Positions 28,201-37,277 of a stretch of 64,000 nt of DNA are shown piece by piece. Positions within the stretch are counted from its first letter, which is position 1. The number at the start of each line of letters is the position of its first letter. The stretch spans positions 6,419-70,418 of the forward strand of contig JBAUTZ010000310.1 of NCBI GenBank assembly GCA_049582445.1. Reading direction: 5' to 3'. The position numbers were made by a program, and so were the translations under genes. The DNA is from Burkholderiales bacterium. Lineage in GTDB: Bacteria > Pseudomonadota > Gammaproteobacteria > Burkholderiales > SG8-39. The notes beneath the pieces were generated by a model. It made no database searches. It had not been told where the DNA came from and saw nothing but the letters and a program-made list of their open reading frames with translations.

Positions 28201-28953
28201 GCGGATTTCCCGTTCTCCGGGAAGAAACACCAGCACGTCGCCCGGCCCCTCGGCGCACAGCTCGTCGACCGCCGCGGCGAGCGCCCGCTCTTCTTCGTCG
28301 CGAGTGGTGTCCTCCTTGTCCCCCTCGACCGGGCGATAGCGCATCTCGACCGGATAGAGCCGCCCCGACACCTCGATCACCGGCGCGCCGCCGAAATGCC
28401 TGGCGAAGCGCTCGGCATCGATAGTCGCCGAAGTGACCACGAGCTTGAGATCCGGGCGCTGCGGCAACAAGCGCTTGAGGTAGCCGAGCAGGAAGTCGAT
28501 ATTGAGGCTGCGCTCATGCGCCTCGTCGATGATGATCGAGTCGTACTGACGCAGCATGGGGTCGGACTGCGTTTCGGCGAGCAGGATGCCGTCAGTCATC
28601 AGCTTGACGATCGAGTCGGCGTGAAGCGTGTCGTGAAAGCGCACCTTGTAGCCGACCACAGACCCGGGCTCGGTGTTCAACTCCTCGGCGATGCGGGCGG
28701 CCACGGAGCGCGCGGCAATCCTGCGCGGCTGCGTGTGGCCGATATAGCCCGCGGCACCGCGCCCCATCTCGAGCAGGATCTTCGGTAGCTGGGTGGTCTT
28801 GCCCGAGCCGGTCTCGCCGCACACGATTACGACCTGGTGGCGCTCGATCGCCGCCCGGATTTCTTCGCGTCGGGAGCTGACCGGGAGTACAGGATCGAAC
28901 TTCGGCGGCGGCAGGCGGGCGAGCCGCTCGGTTCGTGACGAAGCGGATTTCAA
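25243..28953 (-). CDS. hrpA: ATP-dependent RNA helicase HrpA (DEAH box)
   Basis: GETGSGKTTQLPK, DEAHERS, SATID and QRAGRCGR are the DEAH helicase motifs, with a long HrpA C-terminal region. No in-frame ATG is available near the N terminus. TTG 28953 is a provisional start. The track ORF up to 29892 runs antisense through livG. Confidence 0.85.
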   Translation of the reverse strand: MKSASSRTERLARLPPPKFDPVLPVSSRREEIRAAIERHQVVIVCGETGSGKTTQLPKILLEMGRGAAGYIGHTQPRRIAARSVAARIAEELNTEPGSVVGYKVRFHDTLHADSIVKLMTDGILLAETQSDPMLRQYDSIIIDEAHERSLNIDFLLGYLKRLLPQRPDLKLVVTSATIDAERFARHFGGAPVIEVSGRLYPVEMRYRPVEGDKEDTTRDEEERALAAAVDELCAEGPGDVLVFLPGEREIRDAAEVLRKHHPPHTEILPLYSRLSTAEQDRVFRPGAARRIVLATNVAETSLTVPRIRYVVDTGLARVKRYSYRNKVEQLRVENVSQAAATQRAGRCGRVRDGICVRLYSEADYEGRPPYSEPEVLRSSLAAVILRAKSLGLGNVEEFPFLDPPVPRAIADGYALLAELGAVDEANELTDVGRELARLPLDPRVGRMLIAARREGCLDQVLVIAAALSAQDPRLRPMENPAAADERHARYADERSDFLAYLKMWKLFEGKWEKACRENFISIPRMREWRDVHGQLHATVAEMGWRASSADPARAEGYRALHRALLAGLLGNVGLRDEEGGGYTGARGIKFSVHPGSWAKKPGKWIVAAELVETTRLYARTVASIETQWLEELGAHLIKRHRERPHWEKARAQVVALERGTLYGLPVYVNRRIHYGPLEPELAREIFIRSALVEGDFDTRAPFFEHNRRLLRDIEKLEHKSRRPDILVDDGLIYAFYDARLPEGLHNGADFEKWRKEAERANPRLLYLERGDLMRHEAAGITTENFPPRLQLGPNAFELEYHFEPGSPRDGITMTVAVALLNQVPAARCEWLVPGLLKEKVRLLAKSLPQRLRHRLGPLEAFAEAFVAAEKPADVPLATALSRHIRGELNLEVPVDAFRPDSAPPHLHMNFRVIDEHGRQLALGRNLGALKRELAGATEAVLQEQLPAAEGELYGSWTFGDLAEIMEIERGGRTMVGYPALADAGDGVTLQVFDSPERAREVHRAGVKRLLMIAFRERIRDIEKSVVKDNALNLQFSQLSREVELKDEVVSAALERAFLAESLPTRQSDFERRVEEGRSRLNLIAQEILRTIATILAEHAQVHKRLAAAGKAFPQAVEDVQAAIGRLLQPHFLSRTPWERVQQFPRYLKAAALRLDKLRADPVRDARLMAEFAPLQAAWQREYVARQKQGLPGPEIEQFRWLLEELRVSLFAQGLRTPVPVSVKRLTKLWQSIRHAQ

Positions 28954-29118
28954 TGCGGGGGCATTGTAGCGCGGCGGCGGGCCGACCCGCCGCGCGGGGC
29001 CGATTGCCAGATTCGCGTCGGGCAATGTACCCTTTCGCCCGAGGCCCGCGCTGCGGGGAGGAGGAGTGGAGATGTTCTGCACTTGCCGTTGCGCGGGCGC
29101 GTCGGCGCGCGAGCGTTT

Positions 29119-29895
29119 GTGACCTCGCCGGCCAGCATCCTGCAGGTTCGCGATGTGGCCGTGCACTTCGGCGGCATCGTGGCGCTCGACGGGGTGAGCT
29201 TCGATGTCCCGCGCGGCGGCATCCTCGGACTGATCGGCCCCAACGGCGCTGGGAAGACCACGCTCTTCAACTGCCTGAGCTGCCTCTACGTTCCGACCTC
29301 GGGCGACATCCTGCTCGACGGGCGCTCCATTCGGGGCGTCGCATCGCACCGCATGGCGGGGATCGGCATCGGCCGCACGTTCCAGAACCTTGCGCTGTTT
29401 CACCGGCTGACGGTGCTCGAAAACGTGCTCGTGGGCGCGCAGACACGGGGACGCAGCGATTTCCTCTCGAACGCGCTGCGGCTGCCGTGGGTGCGGCGCG
29501 AGGAGAAGCGACTCCAGGACGAGGCCTGGGACCTGCTCGAATATCTCGATCTCACCGCGGTCGCCCATCTCCCGGCCGGCGCCCTTCCGTTCGGCACGCA
29601 AAAACGCATCGAGCTCGCGCGCGCGCTTGCAAGCAAGCCGAAGCTGCTTCTGCTCGACGAGCCCGCGGGTGGCCTGAACCACGAGGAAGTCGAAGAACTC
29701 GGCAACCTGTTCAAGAAGATCCGTGACGACAATCAGCTCACCGTGCTTCTGGTGGAGCATCACATGAGCCTCGTCATGGCGATATCCGACCACGTCGTGG
29801 TCCTCAACTTCGGCCGCAAGATCTTCGAAGGGCTGCCGGCCGAGGTGCAGAAACACCCCGAAGTGATCGAGGCCTACCTGGGGACGGGGCACTGA
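29119..29895 (+). CDS. livG: Branched-chain amino acid (HAAT-family) ABC transporter, ATP-binding protein LivG-like
   Basis: GPNGAGKTT is the Walker A motif, and LLLDEPAGG is the Walker B region after the signature motif. The start is ambiguous (GTG 29119 or TTG 29083). Confidence 0.85.
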   Translation: MTSPASILQVRDVAVHFGGIVALDGVSFDVPRGGILGLIGPNGAGKTTLFNCLSCLYVPTSGDILLDGRSIRGVASHRMAGIGIGRTFQNLALFHRLTVLENVLVGAQTRGRSDFLSNALRLPWVRREEKRLQDEAWDLLEYLDLTAVAHLPAGALPFGTQKRIELARALASKPKLLLLDEPAGGLNHEEVEELGNLFKKIRDDNQLTVLLVEHHMSLVMAISDHVVVLNFGRKIFEGLPAEVQKHPEVIEAYLGTGH

Positions 29896-30605
29896 TGGCG
29901 CTGCTCGAGGTCGCCAAGCTCGAGGCCTTCTACGGCCAGACCCAGGTGCTGCGCGGCCTGAGCTTCAAGCTCGAGGAAGGCAGCGTCACCGCCATTCTCG
30001 GCGCGAACGGCGCCGGAAAGACGACGACGCTGCGCGCGATCTGCGGCATGGTGCGAACGAGCGGCGAGATCCGCTTCGCCGGCGAGCGCATCGGGTCCAG
30101 GGCGACCGAGTCGATCGTACGGTATGGCATTGCGCACGTTCCCGAGGGACGCGGTACGTTCGTTCGGCTGAGCGCCGAGCAGAACTTGCGTCTCGGCGCC
30201 TATGCGCGCAAGGACAAAACTGGCGTGGTTGAGGATCTCGAGCGCGTGTACCAGTATTTTCCGCGCCTCAAGGAGCGCCGCAACCAGCAGGCCGGCACCC
30301 TCTCGGGCGGTGAACAGCAAATGCTCGCGGTCGGCCGGGCGCTGATGATGCGGCCGAAGCTGATGCTGCTCGACGAGCCGTCGTTCGGCCTGGCGCCGCT
30401 GCTCACCGAGGAACTGTTCCGCATCCTGGGCGCGATCAGCCGCGAGCGGCAGGTCAGCATGCTGGTCGTGGAGCAGAACGCCTCGCTCGCGCTGGGCATC
30501 GCCGACGAAGCCTATCTGCTGGAAACCGGACGCATCGTGATGAGCGGCAAGGCGAGCGACATCGGCCGGGACGAGACCGTGCGCAAGGCCTACCTCGGGT
30601 ACTAG
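29895..30605 (+). CDS. livF: HAAT-family ABC transporter, ATP-binding protein LivF-like
   Basis: GANGAGKTT, LSGGEQQML and LLLDEPS are present. The junction with livG is TGATG. Confidence 0.9.
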   Translation: MALLEVAKLEAFYGQTQVLRGLSFKLEEGSVTAILGANGAGKTTTLRAICGMVRTSGEIRFAGERIGSRATESIVRYGIAHVPEGRGTFVRLSAEQNLRLGAYARKDKTGVVEDLERVYQYFPRLKERRNQQAGTLSGGEQQMLAVGRALMMRPKLMLLDEPSFGLAPLLTEELFRILGAISRERQVSMLVVEQNASLALGIADEAYLLETGRIVMSGKASDIGRDETVRKAYLGY

Positions 30606-30614
30606 GGGAGAGCG

Positions 30615-31493
30615 ATGGATCTGTTCCTGCAGCAAACGTTCGCGGGGCTCGCCTTCGGCGGCATTTACGCCTGCGTCGCACTGGCGGTGGTGATGATCTA
30701 TCAGGCGACCGACGAATTTAACTTCGCCCAGGGCGAGATGGCCATGTTCTCGACCTATATCGCGTACACCCTGCTCCATCACGGCGTGCCGTACTGGTGG
30801 GCCTTCCTGCTGACGATGGCGATCTCCTTCGTCGGCGGAGTGCTGGTCGAGCGCCTCATCGTGCGCCCCGTGGAGGGAACCTCGGTGCTAAACGCGGTGA
30901 TCGTGTTCATCGGCCTGATCGCGATCTTCAACTCGATGGCGGGCTGGATCTGGGAATACACCATCAAGCCCTTCCCCAGCCCGTTCCCGAAGGAGACGCT
31001 GATCCCGCTCAAGTTCATCGGCCCGCACGATCTCGGCGTGATCGGAGTGACGCTGCTCGTGCTCGCCGCGGTGTTCCTGTTCTTCCGCTTCACCCCCGTG
31101 GGCCTCGCCATGCGCGCCGCGGCGCAGAACCCGGATTCGGCGCGCCTGGTGGGCATCCGCGTCGGCTGGATGCTGGCGCTCGGCTGGGGTCTCGCGGCGG
31201 CGATCGGCTCGGTCGCCGGCATGATGGTCGCGCCGATCGTGTTCCTGGAGCCCAACATGATGGCCGGGATCCTGCTCTACGGCTTTGCCGGCGCGCTGCT
31301 CGGCGGCATCACCAATCCGGTAGGCGCGGTCGCCGGCGGCTTCATGGTGGGCGTGCTGGAAAACCTGGTCGGTACCTACGTGCCGTTCATAGGCAGCCAG
31401 CTCAAGCTCACCGTCGCGCTGGTGCTGATCGTCGCCGTACTGGTGTTCCGGCCGAGCGGGCTGTTCGGCTACGCGGTGGTGAAGAGGGTCTAG
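30615..31493 (+). CDS. livH: HAAT-family ABC transporter permease LivH-like
   Basis: 292 aa and polytopic. The N terminus FLQQTFAGLAFGGIYACVALAVVMIY is typical of LivH. Confidence 0.9.
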   Translation: MDLFLQQTFAGLAFGGIYACVALAVVMIYQATDEFNFAQGEMAMFSTYIAYTLLHHGVPYWWAFLLTMAISFVGGVLVERLIVRPVEGTSVLNAVIVFIGLIAIFNSMAGWIWEYTIKPFPSPFPKETLIPLKFIGPHDLGVIGVTLLVLAAVFLFFRFTPVGLAMRAAAQNPDSARLVGIRVGWMLALGWGLAAAIGSVAGMMVAPIVFLEPNMMAGILLYGFAGALLGGITNPVGAVAGGFMVGVLENLVGTYVPFIGSQLKLTVALVLIVAVLVFRPSGLFGYAVVKRV

Positions 31494-31494
31494 C

Positions 31495-32514
31495 ATGAAC
31501 GCGCGGACGAGACCGGATACGAGGGAGCTCGCGGCGCTGGCGAGCGGTGCGCGGCTGTCGAAGCCGCAGGTGCTCGGGGTGGTCGCCGCGCTGGCCGCCG
31601 CCGTGGTGCTTCCCTGGTTCCTCAGCGACTACCGCACCTTCCAGTTCACGCTGGCGATCATTTACGCCATCGCGGTGCTCGGACTCAATATCCTCATCGG
31701 TTACAACGGCCAGTTCTCGCTCGGCCACGGTGCGTTCTACGCCATCGGCGCCTACACCGCCGCGATCATGATGACGCAGGGTGGGCTGGCCTACTACTGG
31801 ACCATTCCGTCCGCCGGGGCAGTGTGCCTGGTCGCGGGCTTCCTGTTCGGGCTTCCGGCATTGCGCCTAGAGGGTCTGTACCTCGCGCTCGCCACCTTCG
31901 CGCTCTCGGTGGCGACGCCGCAGTTATTAAAGTACGACGCGATCTCCAAATGGACCGGAGGGGTGCAGGGCGTAACGATCATCAAGCCGGACCCTCCTTT
32001 CGGGCTCGGAATCTCCCAGGACCGGTGGCTCTACTATTTTTCGCTCGTAGTGATGCTGCTGCTGTTCGTTTGCGCGTGGAACCTGCTGCGCGGGCGTACC
32101 GGGCGAGCCCTCAAGGCGATCCGCGATAACCCGATCGCGGCGAGCGCCATGGGCGTCAACACCGCGCTCTACAAGTCGCTCACCTTCGGCGTCAGCGCGC
32201 TCTATACCGGGGTGGCCGGCGCGCTCGGTGCCATTGCGGTGCAGTTCGTGGCGCCTGACAGCTTCAACCTGTTCCTGTCGATAAGCTTTCTGGTCGGCTT
32301 GGTCATCGGGGGGCTGGGATCGATTCCCGGCGCGGTATTCGGCGGCGTGGTCATTGTGTTCATCCCCAACTTCGCCGAGCAAGTCTCGAAAGCCGCACCG
32401 TGGGCGATCTATGGCACCTTCCTGATCCTGTTCATGTTCTTCATGCCGACGGGAATATGGGGATTTCTCAGGATGCTGTATGCTAGGTTGACAAGAGGGC
32501 GTCGGGCAGGTTGA
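31495..32514 (+). CDS. livM: HAAT-family ABC transporter permease LivM-like
   Basis: 339 aa and polytopic. GQFSLGHGAFYAIGAY is the LivM motif. Confidence 0.9.
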   Translation: MNARTRPDTRELAALASGARLSKPQVLGVVAALAAAVVLPWFLSDYRTFQFTLAIIYAIAVLGLNILIGYNGQFSLGHGAFYAIGAYTAAIMMTQGGLAYYWTIPSAGAVCLVAGFLFGLPALRLEGLYLALATFALSVATPQLLKYDAISKWTGGVQGVTIIKPDPPFGLGISQDRWLYYFSLVVMLLLFVCAWNLLRGRTGRALKAIRDNPIAASAMGVNTALYKSLTFGVSALYTGVAGALGAIAVQFVAPDSFNLFLSISFLVGLVIGGLGSIPGAVFGGVVIVFIPNFAEQVSKAAPWAIYGTFLILFMFFMPTGIWGFLRMLYARLTRGRRAG

Positions 32515-32580
32515 CGGGCCCGGCCGCCCCGCGAATCGCTGATCGAATCAGTTGTCACCGCAGAACAAAGGAGGAGGCAC

Positions 32581-33789
32581 ATGTTGATCCATAGGAAACT
32601 GCTTGTTGCGGCCGCCGTGGCTACGTTCGCGCTTGGCGCGGGCACCGCCGTGGGCGCGGGAAAGTACGGCCCTGGCGTCACCGACACCGAAATAAAAATC
32701 GGCCACATCGGCCCGTACAGCGGACCCGCCTCCGCCTACGGCACCATCGGCAAGGCGATTGCCGCCTACTTCAAGATGGTCAACGACAATGGCGGAATCA
32801 ACGGGCGCAAGATCGACTTCCTGAGCATGGACGACGGCTACAGCCCGCCCAAGGCCGTCGAGCAAGCGCGCAAGCTGGTCGAGCAGGACCAGGTGCTGCT
32901 GATCTTCCAGTCGCTCGGCACGCCATCCAACAGCGCGATCCACCAGTACATGAACGCGAAGAAGGTGCCGCAGCTGTTTGTCGCCACCGGCGCCAGCAAG
33001 TGGGGCGACCCGAAGCATTTTCCCTGGACCATGGGCTGGCAGCCGTCGTATCCCTCCGAGGCGAAGATCTACGCCCATTACCTTTTGACCGAGAAGCCGA
33101 ACGCCAAGGTCGCGATCCTGTACCAGAACGACGACTACGGTAAGGACTACCTGAACGGCTTCCTCGAAGGCCTGGGCGACAAGGCGAAGACGATGGTGGT
33201 GGCCAAGGAGTCCTACGAGGTGACCGACCCGACGGTCGATTCGCAGATCATCAAGCTGAAGAATTCGGGGGCCGACACCTTCTTCAACATCACGACGCCG
33301 AAGTTCGCGGCGCAGGCGATTCGCCAAGCCTACGACATCGGCTGGAAGCCGCTGCATTTCCTCAACAACGTGTCGTCGTCGATCGGCAGCGTGCTCAAGC
33401 CCGCTGGACTGGACAAGTCGGTCGGCCTGATCACCACCGCTTACCTGAAGGACGCGACCGACCCGCAATGGAAAGACTCTCCTGACATGAAGGCCTGGAA
33501 TGCCTGGATGGACAAGTACCTGCCGGGCGCAGACAAGGCCAATAGCTTCTACGTCTACGGCTATGCGGTGGGCTACTCCATGGCGGAGGTGCTAAAGCGC
33601 GCCGGCAACGACCTGACGCGCGAAAACGTCATGAAGGTCGCGTCGAACCTGAAAGACGTGGAGTTCCCGCTGGCGCTGCCGGGAGTCAAGCTCGACACCA
33701 CCGACTACTTCCCGATCGACTGCCAGCAGCTGGCCAGGTTCGACGGCCAGAAGTGGTCGCTGTTCGGCAAGGTGATCTGCCCGAAATAA
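32581..33789 (+). CDS. HAAT-family periplasmic substrate-binding protein (LivK-like; ligand unknown)
   Basis: It has a signal peptide, IKIGHIGPYSGPAS, and a type-I periplasmic binding-protein layout. AGGAGGAGG RBS. Confidence 0.85.
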   Translation: MLIHRKLLVAAAVATFALGAGTAVGAGKYGPGVTDTEIKIGHIGPYSGPASAYGTIGKAIAAYFKMVNDNGGINGRKIDFLSMDDGYSPPKAVEQARKLVEQDQVLLIFQSLGTPSNSAIHQYMNAKKVPQLFVATGASKWGDPKHFPWTMGWQPSYPSEAKIYAHYLLTEKPNAKVAILYQNDDYGKDYLNGFLEGLGDKAKTMVVAKESYEVTDPTVDSQIIKLKNSGADTFFNITTPKFAAQAIRQAYDIGWKPLHFLNNVSSSIGSVLKPAGLDKSVGLITTAYLKDATDPQWKDSPDMKAWNAWMDKYLPGADKANSFYVYGYAVGYSMAEVLKRAGNDLTRENVMKVASNLKDVEFPLALPGVKLDTTDYFPIDCQQLARFDGQKWSLFGKVICPK

Positions 33790-33810
33790 CTCTCACAGCA
33801 CCATCGACAC

Positions 33811-33841
33811 AAGGCCCGTCGGGATCCGGCGGGCCTTTTTC
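33811..33841. terminator. Rho-independent terminator between convergent livK-like and ribE
   Basis: AGGCCCG-N11-CGGGCCT followed by TTTTT. Confidence 0.7.
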
Positions 33842-33852
33842 GTTCTGATGCC

Positions 33853-34440
33853 TCAGGGCGCCGAGAGCATCCGCTCGACGTAACGCGCAATCAGGTCGAT
33901 CTCCAGGTTCACGCGGGCGCCGCGCGCCAGCCGTGCGAGCGTGGTCGCTTCGAGCGTATGCGGGATCAGGTTGATGTCGAACACATCGCCCTCGACGCGG
34001 TTCACGGTGAGCGAGACACCGTCGACGCAGATCGAGCCCTTGCGCGCGACGTAGCGTGCCAGCCCCTGCGGCGCGCGCAGCCGCAGCAGCATCGACTCGC
34101 CGGCCCGCTCGAACGCAAGCACCTCGCCGATGCCGTCGACGTGGCCGGTCACCAGGTGCCCGCCGAGCTTGTCGCCCATGCGCAGTGCCTTCTCAAGGTT
34201 GACGTTGCCCGGCCGCTCGAGCCCGACGGTGCACTCCAGCGTCTCGCGCGACACGTCGAACGACAGCCGCTTTGCGGCGATCGCCACGACGGTGAGGCAA
34301 GCGCCCTGCACGCAGATCGAATCGCCGAGCCCCACGTCGGTCACGTCGAGGCCGTCGGCCGCCACCGTGAGGCGTACACCGCGTTCCAGCGGCGCCACAG
34401 CCTCGATCGTCCCCACCGCCTGCACGATTCCGGTGAACAT
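33853..34440 (-). CDS. ribE: Riboflavin synthase (alpha chain)
   Basis: [10 protein letters not shown] starts the protein, and the lumazine-binding repeats are duplicated (GDSICVQGACLTV / GSICVDGVSLTV). Confidence 0.9.
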   Translation of the reverse strand: MFTGIVQAVGTIEAVAPLERGVRLTVAADGLDVTDVGLGDSICVQGACLTVVAIAAKRLSFDVSRETLECTVGLERPGNVNLEKALRMGDKLGGHLVTGHVDGIGEVLAFERAGESMLLRLRAPQGLARYVARKGSICVDGVSLTVNRVEGDVFDINLIPHTLEATTLARLARGARVNLEIDLIARYVERMLSAP

Positions 34441-35510
34441 CAGAGCCTCGCCAGGATTCTCAGGTCTTCACCGATGCGCTCTATCGAACGGATGCTCACC
34501 GGCACGCGCTCATCGAGCGAGCCCATGGGGGCGAGATCGACCATGCCCTGCGCCGCGCCACCGAGCAGGCTCGGTGCGAGATAGATCAGCAGCTCGTCCA
34601 CGCAGCGCTCGCGCATCAACGAGCCGTTTAGCTTGAAGCCGCCCTCGACGTGCAGCTCGTTGACGCCGCGGCGCGCGAGCTCGCCAAGCATCGCCGGAAG
34701 GTCGACCTTGCCCCGCTGGTTCGGGAGCGCAATCACATCGATTCCCTTGGGTGGCTTGTTCGAGGTCTCACCGACGAAAATCAGGGTATTGCCGCCTTCC
34801 AGGATACGCGCGCCCGGCGGCGTCTCGAGCCGACTGTCGACCAGCACCCGCAGCGGCTGGCGCGGGGTCTCGACCTCGCGCACGGTGAGGCGTGGGTTGT
34901 CCGCCCGCACCGTGCCGACGCCGGTAAGCAGCGCGCAGGCGCGCGCGCGCCAGCGATGGCCATCCTTGCGCGCCTCGGATCCTGTGATCCACTGCGAATC
35001 TCCATTGGCGAGGGCCGTGCGCCCGTCGAGCGTCGCGGCGATCTTCATGCGGACCCAGGGCCGGCCGCGCGTCATGCGCGAAACGAAGCCGATGTTGAGC
35101 TCGCGCGCCTCCTCCGCCAACAGACCGTGCTCGAACCGGATGCCGGCAGCGATCAGCCGCTCCGCGCCGCGCGCTGCCTGCGGGTTCGGGTCGCGCATCG
35201 CCGCCACGACCCGCTCGACCCCGGCTGCAACCAGCGCCTCCGCGCACGGCGGCGTGCGGCCATGGTGGTTGCATGGCTCGAGGGTGATGAAAGCCGTGGC
35301 ACCGCGGGCAGCGACACCCGCGGCGGTTAACGCGATCGCCTCCGCGTGCGGCGCGCCGGCTTTCTCGTGCCAGCCCTCGCCGACGATTCTCTGCTCCCGC
35401 GTGATGACGCAACCGACCCGCGGGTTGGGCGTAGCGGTGTACAGACCGCGCTCGGCCAGCGCCAGCGCGCGGCGCATCATGGCGTGGTCGAACGCGGAAA
35501 AGGGAGTCAC
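34440..35510 (-). CDS. ribD: Bifunctional riboflavin biosynthesis deaminase/reductase RibD
   Basis: HAEAIAL and [11 protein letters not shown] form the deaminase zinc site, followed by a C-terminal reductase domain. The GTG start overlaps the nrdR stop. Confidence 0.95.
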   Translation of the reverse strand: MTPFSAFDHAMMRRALALAERGLYTATPNPRVGCVITREQRIVGEGWHEKAGAPHAEAIALTAAGVAARGATAFITLEPCNHHGRTPPCAEALVAAGVERVVAAMRDPNPQAARGAERLIAAGIRFEHGLLAEEARELNIGFVSRMTRGRPWVRMKIAATLDGRTALANGDSQWITGSEARKDGHRWRARACALLTGVGTVRADNPRLTVREVETPRQPLRVLVDSRLETPPGARILEGGNTLIFVGETSNKPPKGIDVIALPNQRGKVDLPAMLGELARRGVNELHVEGGFKLNGSLMRERCVDELLIYLAPSLLGGAAQGMVDLAPMGSLDERVPVSIRSIERIGEDLRILARL

Positions 35511-35971
35511 TTCCTGCGGCGCGGCTTGTTGAACTCCTGCACCACCTCGCGGAAGTCTTCCGGCGTTTCGAAGCTGCGGTAGACCGAAGCGAAGCGGATG
35601 TAGGCGATCTTGTCGAGCTTCGCGAGCTCACGCATCACAAGATCGCCCACCCGGCTGGTAGGGATCTCGCGCTCGCCCAGCGAACGCAGCTTCTCCTCGA
35701 TGCGGTCGAGCGCCGCGTCCACGGCCTCCGTCGCGACCGGGCGTTTCCTCAGCGCAAGCATCATGCTGCCGAGCAGCTTGTCGCGATCGAAGTCGGTGCG
35801 ACTGCCATCCTTCTTGACGAGCCGCGGCATGCGCAGCTCGACGCGCTCGTAGGTCGTGAACCGTTTGTCGCACTTCGGGCAGCGACGCCGGCGTCGGATG
35901 ACGTTCGCCTCCGGGTTGGAGCGCGTGTCCACGACCTGCGTGTCGTCGTGGTTGCAGAACGGGCAGCGCAT
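35507..35971 (-). CDS. nrdR: Transcriptional repressor NrdR
   Basis: [17 protein letters not shown]...[12 protein letters not shown] is a zinc ribbon, followed by an ATP-cone. Confidence 0.95.
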   Translation of the reverse strand: MRCPFCNHDDTQVVDTRSNPEANVIRRRRRCPKCDKRFTTYERVELRMPRLVKKDGSRTDFDRDKLLGSMMLALRKRPVATEAVDAALDRIEEKLRSLGEREIPTSRVGDLVMRELAKLDKIAYIRFASVYRSFETPEDFREVVQEFNKPRRRK

Positions 35972-35980
35972 GCGCGGCGT

Positions 35981-37222
35981 CTACCCGTACACCGGAAAGC
36001 TGGCGCAAAGTGCCTTGGCCTCGCCCGCGACGTGCCTGATCTGCGCGTCATCGGAGGGATTGTCGAGGACGTCGGCGATGAGGTTCGCCAGGATCTCCGC
36101 CTCGCCGCTGCGAAAGCCGCGCGTGGTCATCGCCGCAGTTCCGATACGGATGCCCGAGGTCACGGTGGGCTTTTCCGGATCGTTCGGAATCGCGTTCTTG
36201 TTGACGGTGATGTGCGCGCGCCCCAGCGCGGCTTCGGCGTCCTTGCCGGTGATCCGCTTCTTGCGCAGGTCGACGAGGAACATGTGGCAATCGGTCCGAC
36301 CCGAGACGATGCGCACGCCACGCTCGGTCAGCACGCGCACCATCGCTCGCGCGTTATCGAGCACGTGCTGCTGATATTCGCGGAATTCGGACCGCAGCGC
36401 CTCGCCCAGCGCGACCGCCTTGGCGGCGATGACGTGCATCAGCGGGCCGCCCTGGATCCCGGGGAAGATCGCCGAATTGATCGCGCGCTCGTGCTCGGGC
36501 TTGCCCAGGATCATGCCGCCGCGCGGCCCTCGCAGCGTCTTATGCGTGGTGGTCGTGACGTAGTCCGCCACTCCGACAGGAGACGGGTAAAGGCCCGTGG
36601 CGACCAGCCCCGCGTAGTGCGCCATGTCCGCCATGAGCAGCGAGCCCGACTTGTCGGCGATGGCGCGGAACCGCTTCCAGTCGATCGCCAGCGCATAGGC
36701 GGAGGCGCCGGTCACGATCATCTTCGGTCGATGTTCCATCGCCAGAGCCTCGGCCTGCTCGTAGTCGATCTCCTCGTTATCGTCCAGGCCGTAGGACAGC
36801 ACCTTGTAGAGCTTGCCCGACAGGTTGACGGGCGAGCCGTGGGTCAGGTGTCCGCCGTGCGCGAGCGACATGCCGAGGATGGTGTCCCCGGGCTTGAGCG
36901 CCGACGCATACACCGCCTGGTTCGCCTGCGACCCGGAATGAGGCTGTACGTTCGCCCAGTCGGTGCCGAACAGGCGCCGCGCCCGCTCGATGGCGATCGA
37001 CTCGGCCATGTCGACGTATTCGCAGCCGCCGTAGTAGCGCTTTCCCGGGTAACCCTCCGCGTACTTGTTTGTGAGTTGCGATCCCTGCGCCACCAGCACT
37101 GCGGGACTGACGTAGTTCTCCGAAGCGATCAGCTCGATGTGGTCTTCCTGTCGGCGGTGCTCGAGTCGCACCGCGTTCCACACTTCTGGGTCGGATTGCG
37201 CGAGCAGGTTGGCGGCGAACAT
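35981..37222 (-). CDS. glyA: Serine hydroxymethyltransferase
   Basis: 413 aa. The PLP site is [14 protein letters not shown], and LIASENY is present. Confidence 0.95.
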   Translation of the reverse strand: MFAANLLAQSDPEVWNAVRLEHRRQEDHIELIASENYVSPAVLVAQGSQLTNKYAEGYPGKRYYGGCEYVDMAESIAIERARRLFGTDWANVQPHSGSQANQAVYASALKPGDTILGMSLAHGGHLTHGSPVNLSGKLYKVLSYGLDDNEEIDYEQAEALAMEHRPKMIVTGASAYALAIDWKRFRAIADKSGSLLMADMAHYAGLVATGLYPSPVGVADYVTTTTHKTLRGPRGGMILGKPEHERAINSAIFPGIQGGPLMHVIAAKAVALGEALRSEFREYQQHVLDNARAMVRVLTERGVRIVSGRTDCHMFLVDLRKKRITGKDAEAALGRAHITVNKNAIPNDPEKPTVTSGIRIGTAAMTTRGFRSGEAEILANLIADVLDNPSDDAQIRHVAGEAKALCASFPVYG

Positions 37223-37277
37223 ATTAGGAGAAAGCCGTGGCGAAAACGCCCGATTCTACCGTGGGTCGAGTTCCGAC

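Noticed and set aside
26551-28788. A 745-aa plus-strand ORF
   Set aside because: It lies entirely antisense to hrpA, is Arg/Ala/Gly-rich with no recognisable motifs, and is a typical shadow ORF of high-GC DNA.
28954-29892. The N-terminal 310 aa or so of the 1549-aa track ORF 25243..29892, an apparent giant HrpA
   Set aside because: This part runs exactly antisense to the well-supported livG gene and has no helicase-like sequence. It is a GC-rich shadow frame, and hrpA most likely starts near 28953.
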